The notes below the pieces were generated by a model. It ran no database searches. It was not told where the DNA came from and saw only the letters and a list, made by a program, of their open reading frames with translations. 64,000 bases of DNA from positions 95,691,518 through 95,755,517 of the forward strand of contig NC_068989.1 in the NCBI RefSeq assembly GCF_001194135.2, given 5' to 3'. How positions within the stretch are numbered: position 1 is the stretch's first letter; every line of letters begins with the position of its first letter. Origin of the DNA: Octopus bimaculoides (lineage: Eukaryota). Shown one piece after another: positions 38,962 through 53,056 of the stretch. Both the position numbers and the translations under genes were made by a program.

Positions 38962-41180
38962 AATATATACACACACACACACATATAGGTATACACATAC
39001 TTACATACATAACACGCATGCACGCGTGCACACACACACACGCACGCGCGCGCACACACACACACATATGGATCACAAAATTAAATGACACTGATATGAT
39101 AAAGTACCAACCTATTTCAAGTCACAAATGTCTTAGAGAACAGAATCAGGATATTTTTCCTATCATGGAATTTTAAGACAAAAGCATTTAAAGAAGAAAG
39201 CTTGCTATAAGACTCACTTGTATAGTTTATTTTAAATGCTTAATTGTTTAAGTCAATTTTCAGAAGTTAAATTAATACTTCAAGAGCAATTATTAACTTC
39301 TGGTAGCAATATTAATTATTAAGTAAAATCTTTTACAGATATTTCGTTTTTTTTTTTGTTTTTTTTTTTTTTTTTNNNNNNNNNNTTTTTTTTTTTCTTT
39401 TTAACAAATAAATCCTAAAAACAAGCTATTAGGATTAAATCCAAAAAAATTACAATTTGAAAGCTTCAAGAAAATGTGATTGGAAAAAAAAAAAAGCTAA
39501 AGATAAAATACATTCCCCTTAAAAATATTGATGCTACATTAAATTTTTTCAAGTACATTCTTGAATTAATTCTATGTACTATCATTTCACAACCATCCAT
39601 AATTGAAAAGTTTAAAATACAAAAAGATCACCTTATTTTTGCCACTTGAAATAGACCTGCAATTTAATAGGTATATTCTAACCATTTTCCATCAGTTAAG
39701 AAGGGGGAAAAATGATGGCTTCTTCTTGTACTTAACAGGATAAGAATGAGAATGAGTAGGATATGAAAAGTTTAAGATGAATTTTTCTATGTTGAGAAGT
39801 GTGTAAAAGCTATCATAGTTTGTAGCAGTGCAAAACAAAACAAAAAAAAAATGAAAAAAAGAAATAAAAAGGTTTATGAAAATATGCAAATATCACCTAA
39901 AAGAAGATATCCTATGAGATCAATTAAGAGGGATTATACATTATATACTGGAAATTTGACCCTAAAAGTAAAACAGGACAAATCAAGATTTCCAAGATAG
40001 ATTATAGTTTTAACAGCAACAATTCATCTCAGAAATTCAGACATTTAAGCATAAATCAATTAAATTGTCAAATGATGTAGCAACTCTTTGAACTTTTTAA
40101 ACCTCTTTAAACTGCAGCTACTTTACTATCACTTACTTAAGTCCCAGCTGTAGTCATTATGTCACCTTTGACACTGAACTAACCTACTATCTAGCAAGCA
40201 ATCCAATCAGTCGATAATCTTCAGGTTAAGCCATCTCATGCTATTAGCTACTTCATCATATCTGGTACACTTAAAGTTCCAGCTAGTTAGCTTGCCAGAG
40301 TACCTACTTGTCTTTCTCAATACTGATTTGCTGCTCACCAAGCTAGCACAATCTCCTTACATTAATGATCTGATGACAATTTACATTATAAAGTATTATT
40401 ATTGCAACTAAAACACATTATTTCTCACCTCAGCCAAATTATCTTTATGATTTCAATAGAAATGGTCTATATAAAGTAGTTTAAAAGAATTCTTTCAAAG
40501 ATATGTTTTGGTTTCTAGGAGAATCATATTCAGATAACTGAAATATATTTTTAATAACATCCTAATAAATCCCTTTTTCAAATTCTTATACATGACTATT
40601 TACAGGTCAAGCATAAAAAAATTCTTCAGTAAGTTGTATTCTATACTTTACAATATAAATGAGAACATACATTGTATTGGTAATTACAAGTACTTCTTTT
40701 CTTCATAGGAGTACAGTATTCGTGATTTGCACATTTTCTCTAGTTTCTGCAATTCATTTTAACATAGTAGTTTTGAATATTGATCTTTAAAAAAAATATC
40801 AAAAGAAGAAAATAAAATCTGTTCCTCTGTCAATCTTGCTGATTCAATTATCAAATCTTTAATTTATTTAAAGATTTTCAAGCTTATTTACAAGAAAAAT
40901 GTTGCATTAAAATCTATGGAAATTATCTGAAAGACTGACTATTAATCAGATAAATCCTAGTATTGATTTTCTTCATACAACCATGATAGATGCTTCTTAA
41001 TAATTTTCACTTTTCTCTGTGGCCATCGATTTCTCATGATTGAACTGATTGGGTTAATCTGCAATTTAGCATATACATAGATATATATAGATATACACAC
41101 ACACACATATATATATATATAAACACATATATACACACACACACACATATATATATATACATTTATATACACACATATAT

Positions 41181-41227
<47 letters not shown>

Positions 41228-41229
<2 letters not shown>

Positions 41230-41389
41230 CGCAGGAGTGGCTGTGTGGTAAGTAGCTTGCTTACCAACCATATGGTTCCGAGTTCAGTCCCACTGCGTGG
41301 CACCTTGGGCAAGTGTCTTCTACTATAGCTTCGGGCCAACCAAAGCCGTGTGAGTGGATTTGGTAGGCGGAAACTGAAAGAAGCCCGTC

Positions 41390-41421
<32 letters not shown>

Positions 41422-41678
41422 CATCATCATCATCATCATCATTGTCGTTGTTCAACGTCCGCTTTCCATGCTAGCATGGGTTGGACAATTTGACTGAGGT
41501 ATGGTGAAACCAGATGGCTACACCAGGCTCCAATCTGATTTGGCAGAGTTTATATGTATGTGTTTTTGTGTGTCTGTGTTTGTCCCTCTACCATTGCTTG
41601 ACAACCGATGATGGTGTGTTTTATGTCCCCGTAACTTAGCAGTTCGGCAAAAAGAGACCGATAGAATAAGTACTAGGC
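41228..41678 (+). mobile_element. tRNA-derived SINE interrupted by an RTE tail in its (TA)n linker
   Basis: Head GGCGCAGGAGTGGCTGTGTGGTAAG..GAGTTCAGTCCC at 41228-41389; body resumes at 41552-41678, collinear with the 57260 copy. Confidence 0.85.
41422..41551 (-). mobile_element. RTE 3' tip nested in a SINE
   Basis: (CAT)n..AACGTCCGCTTTCCATGCTAGCATGGGTTGGAC..GGCAGAGTTT. Confidence 0.85.
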
Positions 41679-43689
41679 AATGGAATTAAATATTGATGTT
41701 TTAATTTGCTGAGTGATTGCAACTCAACAGATTTAATTTTTAAACAATATGATGTAGGTCAGCTTTCATGAAGTTTATTTCATTTCGCGGAAAAAATTGG
41801 AAGTTGAGGCACTGAGGTATTTAACCAAGCAAATTTGTGGTGGAAGCAAATTGAAATGTATCCCAGAAATAAATCAGCTTATACCAAAACATTTTACCAT
41901 ATGAAATATATAAATTTTAAAATGGTTTCAAATGCAATGATATAAATTTTTCACAGAAAATTTTAGAATGTAAATTCTAATATTTATGAAAGGAATGTAA
42001 AAAATAGAGACAAGATGAAAGAAATTAGGAAATTCCACTATAAAATGGCAATAATAAAAATTAAGTACCTTTGTTTAAAGTATTAACTTAAATTTGACAT
42101 TGGATAACAAGAAATAATATATCATGAATTTAGTATTATTTTAAGCTTCAGTTTTAAGTTGGCTATTGTATTGAAAATATGATGTTATTAAATATTCATA
42201 TAATGATTTGAAATTATACGTAAATATTTTAATGATATTGGTAAAATAAATTCAATTTACATCAAAAGGTATTTTTAGTAAATCAACTACAATTCTATAT
42301 TTAATATCACTCAATTGCACAATTTTAAGATTAAATGTATTTAGGGACTTTCTAAGTTGATTTTCTTTTTCACCTTCATATCATGAATTGGAAGTTTTTC
42401 ACTCAAGAAGGAAAAAAAAAGGGAAGTTGCACGTATAACATAAACTTAGGAGTAATGCTACAGATGTACCAACACACACAAGATTGAGACATAGCCGACC
42501 TCACGCACTTCTCATGAGGAATTCCAGAAGGAGCTTTGTGAGACCACTACTAAAATGCTTCCGAAGAAAGAAAAGCCGTTGGAAAACAGATTATAGCAGT
42601 GACTCCATCTAAGAAAATCTGAAGGAATCGTATTCCGAAATATCATCGGACTATAGATAACTAAATTACAACAGGTATATAGTCCATTTTTTGTATTATA
42701 GTGCATTGTTGTACCATTCAAAACTTTTTATTCTTTACTTTTATTTATATAGCCCTATATGCATTTTTTTAGTAAACTACCTTCAAAATGGAAAATAATG
42801 CTGGTTCACTTACAAAGAACAATATTTACAAATTTAACTATCATAAATTGATCCTTAGATGCAGTGTGTTTCTTTAACAATGTTTTATTAAAAGTATTGT
42901 TTGTTGTTTGTTTCTTTGTTTTAAATTTAAATAAATATAAATAATCTTTTGTGTGTAGCATGTAAAAACCAATATTGATGTGCAATTAAGTGTTTACAAT
43001 AAATTGCTAATAGCTAATTTACAGCTAAAATTGATGAGCTGATTTTGTGTAGATAGCACAACAATAAAAGCTCTAAGTCATTTTAATAAAATGCAGTTTA
43101 TAAAATATTTTCTTTTATTTCAGACTTCTATTTTGAGACAAATAAAAAGAAACACCCAACATAGAATATTCTTATCTCAATATAAGCCATTATGCTCCCA
43201 TTTGGATGCAAAACTGCAGTGAAATTCCTTCACTTAAAGCTGGAAAATAAGAAGCAGGGAGGAACCAAAAATTTTATTATGTCAGTGAATAAAACACAAT
43301 CTTTAAAATAATTCATTTTTTATATTATTACCATTTTTCATGAGATTGATCAATATATTTGTTCAGCTGCAATACATTTTAAAATGCAAAACATTTTGAA
43401 TTACATAATTATTTCTTTTAATTGAGTTGAAATGCAATTTTTACAATATACATTATTCTTTAGAAGTACAAGTCATAAGGCTGGATGCAAGAAGGCCATA
43501 TGTGAAGATTGTATGTGTGAGGAGGCCAAATATCAAATTACCAAAAATTCAGGTTGATTTTGAACATAGAACAGGTAGAATATTTTGGCTGGATTTGGCT
43601 AGTTTATATACTAAAGGGTTAATTTTTTTGTGTGATTAATGCCCCCCACACATACACACACACTTTATTTCTCATGCAATAGATATATA

Positions 43690-44757
43690 CAGGGGTTGGA
43701 CAAAATAATGGAAACACCTAGCATCATAGTATCGTAATTTTGAAATATCTATAAAACCATCAAAAGCTTGTTTATTTTTATGTTTTTTTTATTTATTATT
43801 AGTGTTGCTTAATATGTTTTGCTAAAATTGCTGTTTCTTTTTAGATATCATCAGAAAAAGGTAATTAAAATTCATTAAAATGACAACCAAAACTTTCAGA
43901 TAGGGACCGCCGGACTCTTACAAGAATTGTTAGAAAGGATCACAAAAATACAGCAGAGCTTAATGACCTCAAGAACCCAGTTTCCACAAAAACTGTTCGC
44001 CAGGAGCTGCACAAAGCCAGATTTCACGGGGGAGCTGCAATCAGAAAACCACTACATTCAAAAACGTTGCAAAGCATTTAAAGTGGAGTAAAAACCTACA
44101 AAATTGGTCCCTACAGTAGTGGAAGAATGTTATCTCGGATGAGTCATCCTTTACCTTATTTCCAACCACCGGCTGAGAATACGTGTGGAGACAGCCAAAA
44201 GAAGCATTTTAACTCAGACTGCCTTCTTCCAACTGTTAAACTTGGAGGAGGATCTGTGATGATCTGGGGGGCTGTATCTTGAAAATTCGCTGGCACAATG
44301 GCTTCCCTTCATGGAAGAATTAATAATCAAGACTATTTAAGCATTTTATCTGATCAAATTCATCCTATGGAACTGTTTCTGGAGGGAAACGCAATCTTTC
44401 ATGATGATAATGCACCAATTCACACAGCTAAAGTTGTTACTGAATGGCATGAGGAACATTCTAGTGAAGTTGAACATCTTATCTGGCCACCACAGTCCCC
44501 CAGATCTCAATATTATTGAACATTTATGGTGCACTTTAGGAAAACAAGGAGTCAATACTCCACCATCATCACTACAAGAACTGGAGACTGTTTTAGCTGA
44601 AGAATGAACAAAAATTCCTTTGGAAACAATTCAAACTCTGTATGAGTCCATACCTCATAGAACTCAAGCTGTAATTACTGCCAAAGCAGTCCTACCCCAT
44701 ATTAAAATAAATTTGTTTGAAATTTTAAGGTGTTTCCATTATTTTGTCCAGCCCCTG
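43690..44757 (+). mobile_element. Tc1-family DNA transposon, both TIRs intact, dead transposase with DD36E spacing
   Basis: 30-bp TIRs CAGGGG(T/C)TGGACAAAATAATGGAAACACCT (1 mismatch) with TA duplications. Motifs SDES, GGGSVMIWG, HDDNAPIH and WPPQSPDLNIIEHLW (after removing one extra C). The N-terminal HTH is deleted after ATG ACA at 43880. Confidence 0.93.
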
Positions 44758-44874
44758 TATGTCTGCATGAACACCCACACATAACTGATTGATCTGTTAC
44801 ATCCATGGACACACATATTTGTTACCAAATTCATAAGTATGCACTTTAATTTTATCTTAAAAATGTTCATTCTA

Positions 44875-46092
44875 TGAGGGAGCACCCAAAAGAAACTGGA
44901 ATTTTGCAATATTATTCTGTTCACTTAGTTTTGCATGTTTACACTGTTATCGCCTTCAAAGTATTCTCCATTCTTCTTCGCCTCTTCCACATCTACAAAA
45001 TGTTTTCCTTTAAGCACGTTTTTCATTTGGGGGAACAAAAAAAGTTGTAGGGAGCAAGATCGGGTGTATAGGGAGGGTGGGTAAGCAAGCTCATGCCATT
45101 TTTTGGCAAAAACTGTCTCACAGTTAAGGCGGTGTGCACAGGTGCATTGTCGTGATGAAACCAACATTCTGCACTTTGCCACAGGTTGGGGCGTTTTCAT
45201 CTCACTGTGTCTAGCAAACGCTTCAGAACTGCCAAATAAAATGTCTGGTTAGCAGTCTGACCAGGTGGAACAAATTCTGTGTGGACAATTTCTTTCACAT
45301 CCGTGAAACAAATCAGCATTGTCTTGACATTGGACTTCACGTGATATGCATTTTGGGGGCATGGAGACATTGAATGCTTCCATTGACTTGGTTGCTACTT
45401 CATTTCCTGGTCGTAACCATAACACCAGCTTTTGATACCAGTGATGACCTTCCAAAAAAAGGTTCAAATCAACCTCCAACTGTTCTTTCAGTTCACGATG
45501 CACATACAGTCATGACTGTTTTTGATCTTCCATGAGCAAGCGAGGCACAAATTTTGCTGCAATTCTCTTCTTTCACAATTCCTCACTCAAAATTCATTGG
45601 CAGGAGTTCCAGGATACACCAGTCATATGAACAAGTTTATCGATTGTTCAGAGACAATCCTTGAAGACCAGTTCATGAGTTTGCATGATGTTTTCATTCG
45701 TTCGGGAGGTCGACAATCGCCCTGATCGAGGTTGGTATTCAAGTGACAAGTGACCATTCCTAAAGCGTGAAAACCACTCATAAACTTGTGTTTTACTTGT
45801 GGCAGCATCCGTGTTTGAAGCATGACAATTGTTTTGGCCACTGTTTTCTCCAGCAGAAAACACAATTTCATAGAAGCATGCTGTTCCTTCATTTTAGCCA
45901 TTGCAAAAATCGATGAACAAGGGAGAAATACTGCAAAATAAAGATGTACCATGTGGCAGAATGACTTGACTTGACACTGCTGGTTAGCAGACTGATGCCT
46001 GAGGGTCACATCAAGTGGCTACTAGCAGTGGAAGCCTGAACTACAACAAGCTTGTCCCACAGAGTTTCCAGTTACTTTTGGGTACCCTCTCA
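44875..46092 (-). mobile_element. Mariner-family (DD34D) DNA transposon, TIR-complete, frameshifted transposase
   Basis: TIRs TGAG(GGAGC/AGGGT)ACCCAAAAG(A/T)AACTGGAA with TA flanks. Motifs VYEWFSRFRNG, PRSGR, HHDNAPVHT and HPPYTPDLAPYN (34 residues from D to the terminal D position, here N). Confidence 0.92.
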
Positions 46093-47269
46093 TATTGATT
46101 TGCATTTAAAATTACCAGTATCTGAAATTTTTGTCAGTGTATGGCTATAAATAAAAACTGAAGAAAAATTATGATTTTAAAAAAGAGGTATCTAATCTCA
46201 CCTACATCAACTGGAAGTATGCTAAGGATACTGCCATGATCAACTATATTTTATTTTATAGCCTTGCAGAAATATTTCAAATATGGGTTTTCCATTGATT
46301 TTTGCTTTAATATTATGAATAATGTGTGACTAACACTCTTGGATTAACCTCCTTAAAAAAAAAAAATTGTAAGCCACATACAGAGAAAATAAAACACATC
46401 ACATCAATAAAGTAAAATGTGGAAAGAAAACATTCTCAGAAAAAGAATGATTGCTTAAACCTATGATTTCATACACACAGCATAGACAAAATTCTTGAAC
46501 ATATGTTAGCAGCTTGGAGGTAAAGTGATGAACAAATAATATATTACTGAAGACAAGAAAAATACAGAATCCATAAAAAAATATTGCAAGCTTCTGAAAT
46601 TAAATCTGTCAGTGAATTTAGTTACAACTGACTTTGAAAGGTGGATCTTATGTTTGTAAATCTTAGGATTTATAAATATAAACCTGTAACCTGTTCCTGT
46701 GCTGAGTAGTGCTGCTAAAGTACAACTGTAAATGCAGGAAATGGAAAATGCTTATATTTTAGCTTGTCAATGAACAAGAGCCTTCTGTTATATTGTGTGC
46801 CAAGTATTTATTTTTATTTTACTTAATAATTTTGTTAAAGCTCAAATTAAGCAGAGAAGCTCAAAATACTCCAAGAAGGTTTAGTCGATTAAACTGACCG
46901 CAACTCTTGCCTGATATTTATTTCACTGTTTTTATAAGGATGAAAGGATGAGATTGGAGGAATTTTTCAAAATCAGAATTTGAAAGCAAGTTGAAAGCAT
47001 GTTGAAAGCAATTATTCCTTATGATTTGAAATGACAAAAAGGATGAAATTGAGAAAGTGATAGTGAAGAACATTGATTGGTAATGATAGTTCTTTAAGAA
47101 ATATCTAAATTAAGGATCTTAATGTTCTATCCATCTGTGAAGTCAGAAGAACCTTATTCATTTATTTATACAACATGCCCAACTTTATTCCACTATTCAA
47201 AGTCGTTAAAATTATTTCTCTGAGGTCTCTATTGTCTGTAAAATATACTTAATTTATAATTTATAAACA

Positions 47270-47520
47270 GTCAACACTGATGAAAGACTTGAAAGATGAC
47301 TGTGTTGAAATGGACATGTAATGTGTCAGGAGACACAAGTTAAAGGAAACTGTGGAAGAAGAAGGCAAAGGGAGACATGCAGGAAGATGGCAAAAGAATA
47401 CAAAATGAGTGCATCCCTGTGTTGGAAAGTGTTTATCCAATGCATGCAGCAAGGTTAGATAAACAACTGTAATGACGGTGGGGAAATGAAAAGGATAACC
47501 ACAACAGTGGCAATGACGAC
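47270..47520 (+). mobile_element. Strongly decayed RTE RT C-terminal fragment
   Basis: LKWTCNVS..VEEEGKGRHAGRW resembles the RTE LRWMCNVS..VEG..GRGRPRKTW region. Confidence 0.45.
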
Positions 47521-49254
47521 AACAACAACAACAACAACAATGATGAAATGCATAAACGTGTAATGGCTGAAAGTTTTCACTAGCTTGAACCAACACTGTC
47601 TTCATTTGCTTTAAGTAGCTATGTCTTTCTGGTCATTTTCCCCTTAATAAAAACAAGTAGTCTGCAAGATTCTTAAGTTTATTCTCTCAAATTCAAGTAA
47701 ATCTTATTTTGTAGGTGCGCACCCTTTTGAAACCAGATTTTTAACATGAATAAAAATTGTTTCTATGTATCTCAATTGGTGTTATTGATTCATGGCACAA
47801 TAAGATTTCCTTAGATGTTAATTTAAATATAAATACAGAAGCTGGTACTGGAATGGCTAAAACAATCATATCGCCAACTATTTTTCTACACATATTCTAT
47901 GTTCTAACAAAAATTTCAAGGAAAGGTGTAGTTGACTGAATTAACTCAGTTACTTGACGAGTACTTAATTTTATCAAAACCAAAAGATTGTAAAGCAAAG
48001 CTGACTTTACTGGGATTAAAAGTGAGAATCATAACTAAATGCTGCAATATATTTTGATTGGTATTAAAACTGATGGCACTATTACAATGCTATCTGATGA
48101 CTGAATTTATTTTTAATAGGAACCATTAGCCTAATGAAGGACTAATTGAGATCTATATAAATACTTCAATTGCACAATGAAATCAGTTTAGCAATCTGAT
48201 GGCTATCCACGTTATATGTAATGATCCACTTCCATATTCATTATTATTACCATCATCAAGGAGGATTAAAGGTGTAAGAAGATAATTCCATGAATAAGAT
48301 TAGGATATCAGCTAAATTAAATAAGATCAGCTAAATTTTGAATCTTTACCGAAATATAAAAAGTAAAAATAAGTCAGAAAATCAATCCATAAATAAAAGT
48401 GTCTTAAATGCAAAGCTGAAACCTGAAGATTTATCAAAAATCTTGACTGAGGAAAGTACAAAGAAACATCAATACACTTCAAAATTACAGTAATGTAGTA
48501 TGCAGATTTGAGTATCATAAAAAATTCAAGCTACTCATGACACTTTCAATTATATAAAGAGAGGAGAACATTAATATATAAAGAAGGTAGAAATGATAAA
48601 TTCCAAATATAATTTCTGTAATAAACATGAAGTGTAATTACAGTATTTTCCTTATGTAAATAAAAATATAGACACTGAGAGCATTTAGAAAAGTTTCTAG
48701 CTAGTATTAACACACACATAATTCTGTAAAATTAAGTAGACAATATTAAGTAGAATAATGTTAATTTTAGATAATTAGAGAAACACATTATTGAAATTTG
48801 AAGTGATAAACCAATAATAATAGTCAGAATTTTTGTCACAGATTTTAAAACTAATTAAGAATACAACAATATTTTTTTCTCATTATGTGTGAAATTTATT
48901 GATAAGAATTATCTGATAAAACCTTGTCAGGAAAAATCATGAAAAAAAGCCCATTTTTCAAACTGAATTATTTTTTGGCTGAAAATTGATATTTCAAAAA
49001 AAAAAAAAGAAAATGTGAAAATACTCAAACTGTTCTAGTTCTTCTGGATTTAAATAAAACAAAAAAGTTATTATCTTGAAGTAATTCTTATTCATAAATC
49101 TTTGCTACAAAATTAATTTTGTAGATTTTATTAAATTCATATGATATTACAAGATTTACAACTTTAAACATTATGTTTAAAAAAATGAATCCACTCTGAC
49201 TTTCATCATCAGCTTCACCACCACCACCACCACCACCACCACTTTTGTCTCCAC

Positions 49255-49455
49255 AACCACCATTACAGCATTTACCTTTTATAGGTCAGATGAAATTTCT
49301 TGAGACAGATTTTCTATGGCTAGGTGCTCTTCCTATCACCAACCCTCACCTGTTTCAAAGCAAGGAAATATTTTCACATGCCCAGACATGTTTTTCAAAG
49401 ACTGGCAACAAAGAACATCACTTGTGTATCTGACATTCACCATCATATGATATTG
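49255..49455 (-). mobile_element. Variant LINE/SINE 3' region
   Basis: AACCCTCACCTGTTTCAAAGCAAGGAAATATTTTCACATGCCCAGACATG; same family as 17935. Confidence 0.6.
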
Positions 49456-49486
49456 AGGTAAGGTTACACACAAACACACACACACA

Positions 49487-49757
49487 TTGGACTGGCTCTT
49501 GTGCGGGTGGCAATACACTATTTTGAGTGTGGCCGTTGCCAGTACCGCCTGACTGGCCTTCGTGCGAGTGACATGTAAAAGCACCCACTACACTCTCTGA
49601 GTGGTTGGCGTTAGGAAGGGCACCCAGCTGTAGAAACTCTGCCAAATCAGATTGGAGCATGGTGTTGCCATCCAGTTTTACCAGTCCTCAGTCAAATCGT
49701 CCAACCCATGCTAGCATGGAAAGCGGACGTTAAACGATGATGATGATGATGATGATG
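49487..49757 (+). mobile_element. Young RTE LINE 3' end
   Basis: GC-rich UTR matching the reverse of 21690-21870, the standard tail and (GAT)n. Confidence 0.9.
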
Positions 49758-52097
49758 AAGTAACACAGATGTACAGATGTCAATTCATTATGACTGTATC
49801 AAACGGCTCTATTTAATTGATTAATGAAAACATTACATGAATTTGAAAAGAACCGTTCTTGTCAGATGAACGCATAGACTTCAAACAGAGAATAAACCAT
49901 TTTTTAACAAATTGTTAAAAATATGAATATAATGGACAATGTGGTCATAAATATGTAATAATGTAAAGGATTATGGTAGATCTGCTTAATCACAGTTGAC
50001 TTTACACAAAACAAGAACTCCTAAAAGAAAATACAAGTTGGATATATGAGGAGCATAATTTGTTGATACAACAAGCTCCAGCACTCCGTTCCATCAATAC
50101 ATGATCAGTCACACCGAAATATCCAGAGATAGTATCACAAATCCAGAAGGCTTCTACAATATACGATCCCACTCATTCAGTCCAACAAGCATGAAAAGCA
50201 CAGAAAGAGTAACAGTAACAAAAACATGATTACTCTTTAATATGGTGCTGGGATGGACATGAAAAGTGATAATTGTAGGGGAACAGCAAATAACTTATTC
50301 TGATCCAATCTATCTCAACCATCTCCACTATCACCACCAACAAAATCTCCCAGAAGAGACTAGACAGTGTGGAGAAAAAACAAATCATCCATATTACAGC
50401 ACTTCATCTGATAAAGCATTGTATGGTAAAGTGCACTTAAGTATAACTAGTACAAGGGATCTATGGATCATACCTTTCTTTTGTATTTAACTACCCATAC
50501 TAAAAAGACTGCTCTATTAGGGCTGATATGAATCTACAAAACACCACGAAAATATGATGATTTTATATTATTGTGCTTTAAGAAAAAAATTAGCAGACCA
50601 CACAATTTGTATGCAAGTTGTTTTGTAGGTGGGAATGTAATTTATTTGGCATGCTTAAGGTTTTATTCATACAGTTATTGTTAATAGTGAATGGCATTTT
50701 TTGGCAGTCACTAAGTTTTCATAGGAGCTACCCACAAATTATCAATAGAGATTGGCACATTCTAATCTCATCCCTTATCATGCAAGTCACAGGTTGCTGT
50801 TTGTTTAAAGCACAACATAGCACTCTACACAAAGTTTCAACAATAACTCTCTTTGTAAGACTATCAACAAGGTGTAAGACAAAATATTTTCAAATGTCAT
50901 CTTTTTTTCCTTCTGCACAAAATACAAAACTTTCACCCATCATACTCATGAAAAGAATTTACTCACTGGATTGGGTAGTGGGGACACTCACAATTAAACA
51001 ACTTTAAACAATTGCAAGAGAAACTTCAGTCCCCTTTGGAATCTTTTTTACTTAGATTTTGTACAATAGAGAATAGATTTTAGTTCATATTGTTGCAATA
51101 GTTTTTATTTGAGAATAAAAATAAATAAGTTAGTAAGGACTTTAATGATACCATTTTCTTAGTTCTTCAAATCTATTTGACTTGTTTAATGACTCTCTAC
51201 TGACTCCAGCTAATGGACTGTAGTCATGTGGAGGCATATTAAACTACATGCTTTTCTGTCAAGCATTTAAATACAACATACTTCTAAGGTTTCAAAAATC
51301 TTAACATTATTAAACCAAATTTAGGAATACTTTTAAGCTGCTTAGAACTGAATCAGAACTCTCTGGATAGAGTTCCATTTGAATTCATGCAAATAGTCAA
51401 AATAAATAATGGCCACAACTGATGAGGAACAATTAATATTTCTTCAATCATGTTTAATGTTTCTGCCATTGATTCAGCAAAGTGTCTATATCTGTTTACC
51501 TCACGATAATAACAACATCCAATGTCAATGGATTTTAATGCTTTCAAAGATATGCAAAGACTGTTAAAAAGACAAATCTTGATACAATTTTTCATCAGGT
51601 TTTTGTTTAGTGACAGTGAAAGTTTTCAAAGGAAACTATCTTTTGCATATGTATGCAATGTTTATCTTTTCTGTCTTTTTAGTGATAAGGATAAATTTTT
51701 CAGTTTGTTAGCAGTAAGTATAAATTGAATGGGTTAATACAAAATAAAATTGCAGTATAAAGCATTAGCTAGAGTCTAGTCTCTGTGGACAATGATCTGA
51801 TCCCTCAGAACAAAGAAGGACACAACCAATAACAGAGATCTACAAGCAGATAGAGCTTTGGGAATGATAATTGACAATTGCTGGAAACAGTTTGCAAAGC
51901 TTTATTATTGTGTGACTGATTTAGTGCATAAATTCAATCTCAGTTATATAAGGGATTAGAATTTTCATCAATTAAGCTATTTTTTTCAAATACCTGTGTT
52001 CAAATGAAATGTTTTATCTACTGGATATAGTGATTTAAGAGAATTGCCTAAACTTATTTTTGTTCATGGTGTTGTCTTCAATGGTAAAAGATTCATT

Positions 52098-52102
<5 letters not shown>

Positions 52103-52164
<62 letters not shown>
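52103..52164. repeat. (GA)n microsatellite
   Basis: Direct inspection. Confidence 0.95.
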
Positions 52165-52167
<3 letters not shown>

Positions 52168-53056
52168 ACTTTTTAAATAAGTGTCTATTTGATGGCAATT
52201 AGATGTGAAAGCAATAAATCTGTTGAATCCTGCATTTAATGTTTGTTTTCCACACCAAAAGTAAATTATTCTTCTTTCTAATAATACCTTAAACAATGAG
52301 TGTGTTAGCTTTCTTTTTGTTTTATATTTTCATATAGTTTAGTGAAAGAGAAGTAGTCTTTGGTGTCCATGGCCTTTGCAGATCCCTCAACAGTGATGAA
52401 ATTAATACAGTTAAATACTCAGTTTGAACATTTGTAAACCAGAATCTGAAAGAATAATGTAAATGGAAGGAAATTCTACAGGAATACCATGTTGGAGAGA
52501 ATGGCATGGGCAGAATGGCTAGTGCAGCACATAGAGAGGATACAGTGTAACAGATGAGAGGAGTGAAAAGTGTATTGCATGGGCCTAGATGGAGTAAATA
52601 TGTAACTAGCTTCTTCCCTTGAATAGAGGTCAATGTGAGTTATAGAACAGGAAAATGAGGAGATAGAGTATCTGTGAGTAGTGTGTTGGTATTTCAGAGA
52701 AAGAGAGGAGAGAGAGAGAGGAGAGAGGGAGAGAGAGGAGAGAGGGAGAGAGAGACAAAAATGTGAATGTGTGCACATGTCATGCTGTAAATCAAAATCA
52801 GAAATCCATCTAGCTCATGCGAGCATGAGAAAGATCTCAACAGATGATGATGATGATGATGATGATACTTGGTTTATGTTTACCACAAAGGGACATACTT
52901 AGCTGTCTTCTTTATTGACATTACACTGATGAAAGACCAAGTAAAACCCAGCAAAATTTGAACTTAAAATAGTGATGAAATTTATAGCACTCAGCGATTC
53001 TAAAACAGAGCAGTCAGATCTCTTAAATCACACCATATTATATGTATATATATATC

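Noticed and set aside
41228-41310. tRNA gene (also at 3386 and 57260)
   Set aside because: A/B-box-like motifs are present but there is no cloverleaf; it continues into the SINE body and is multi-copy.
52322-52633. Protein-like frames on both strands (FITVEGSAKAMDTKDY; WKEILQEYHVGENG)
   Set aside because: Interrupted by stops, no convincing splice pair, and only a vague resemblance to a Gypsy integrase segment.
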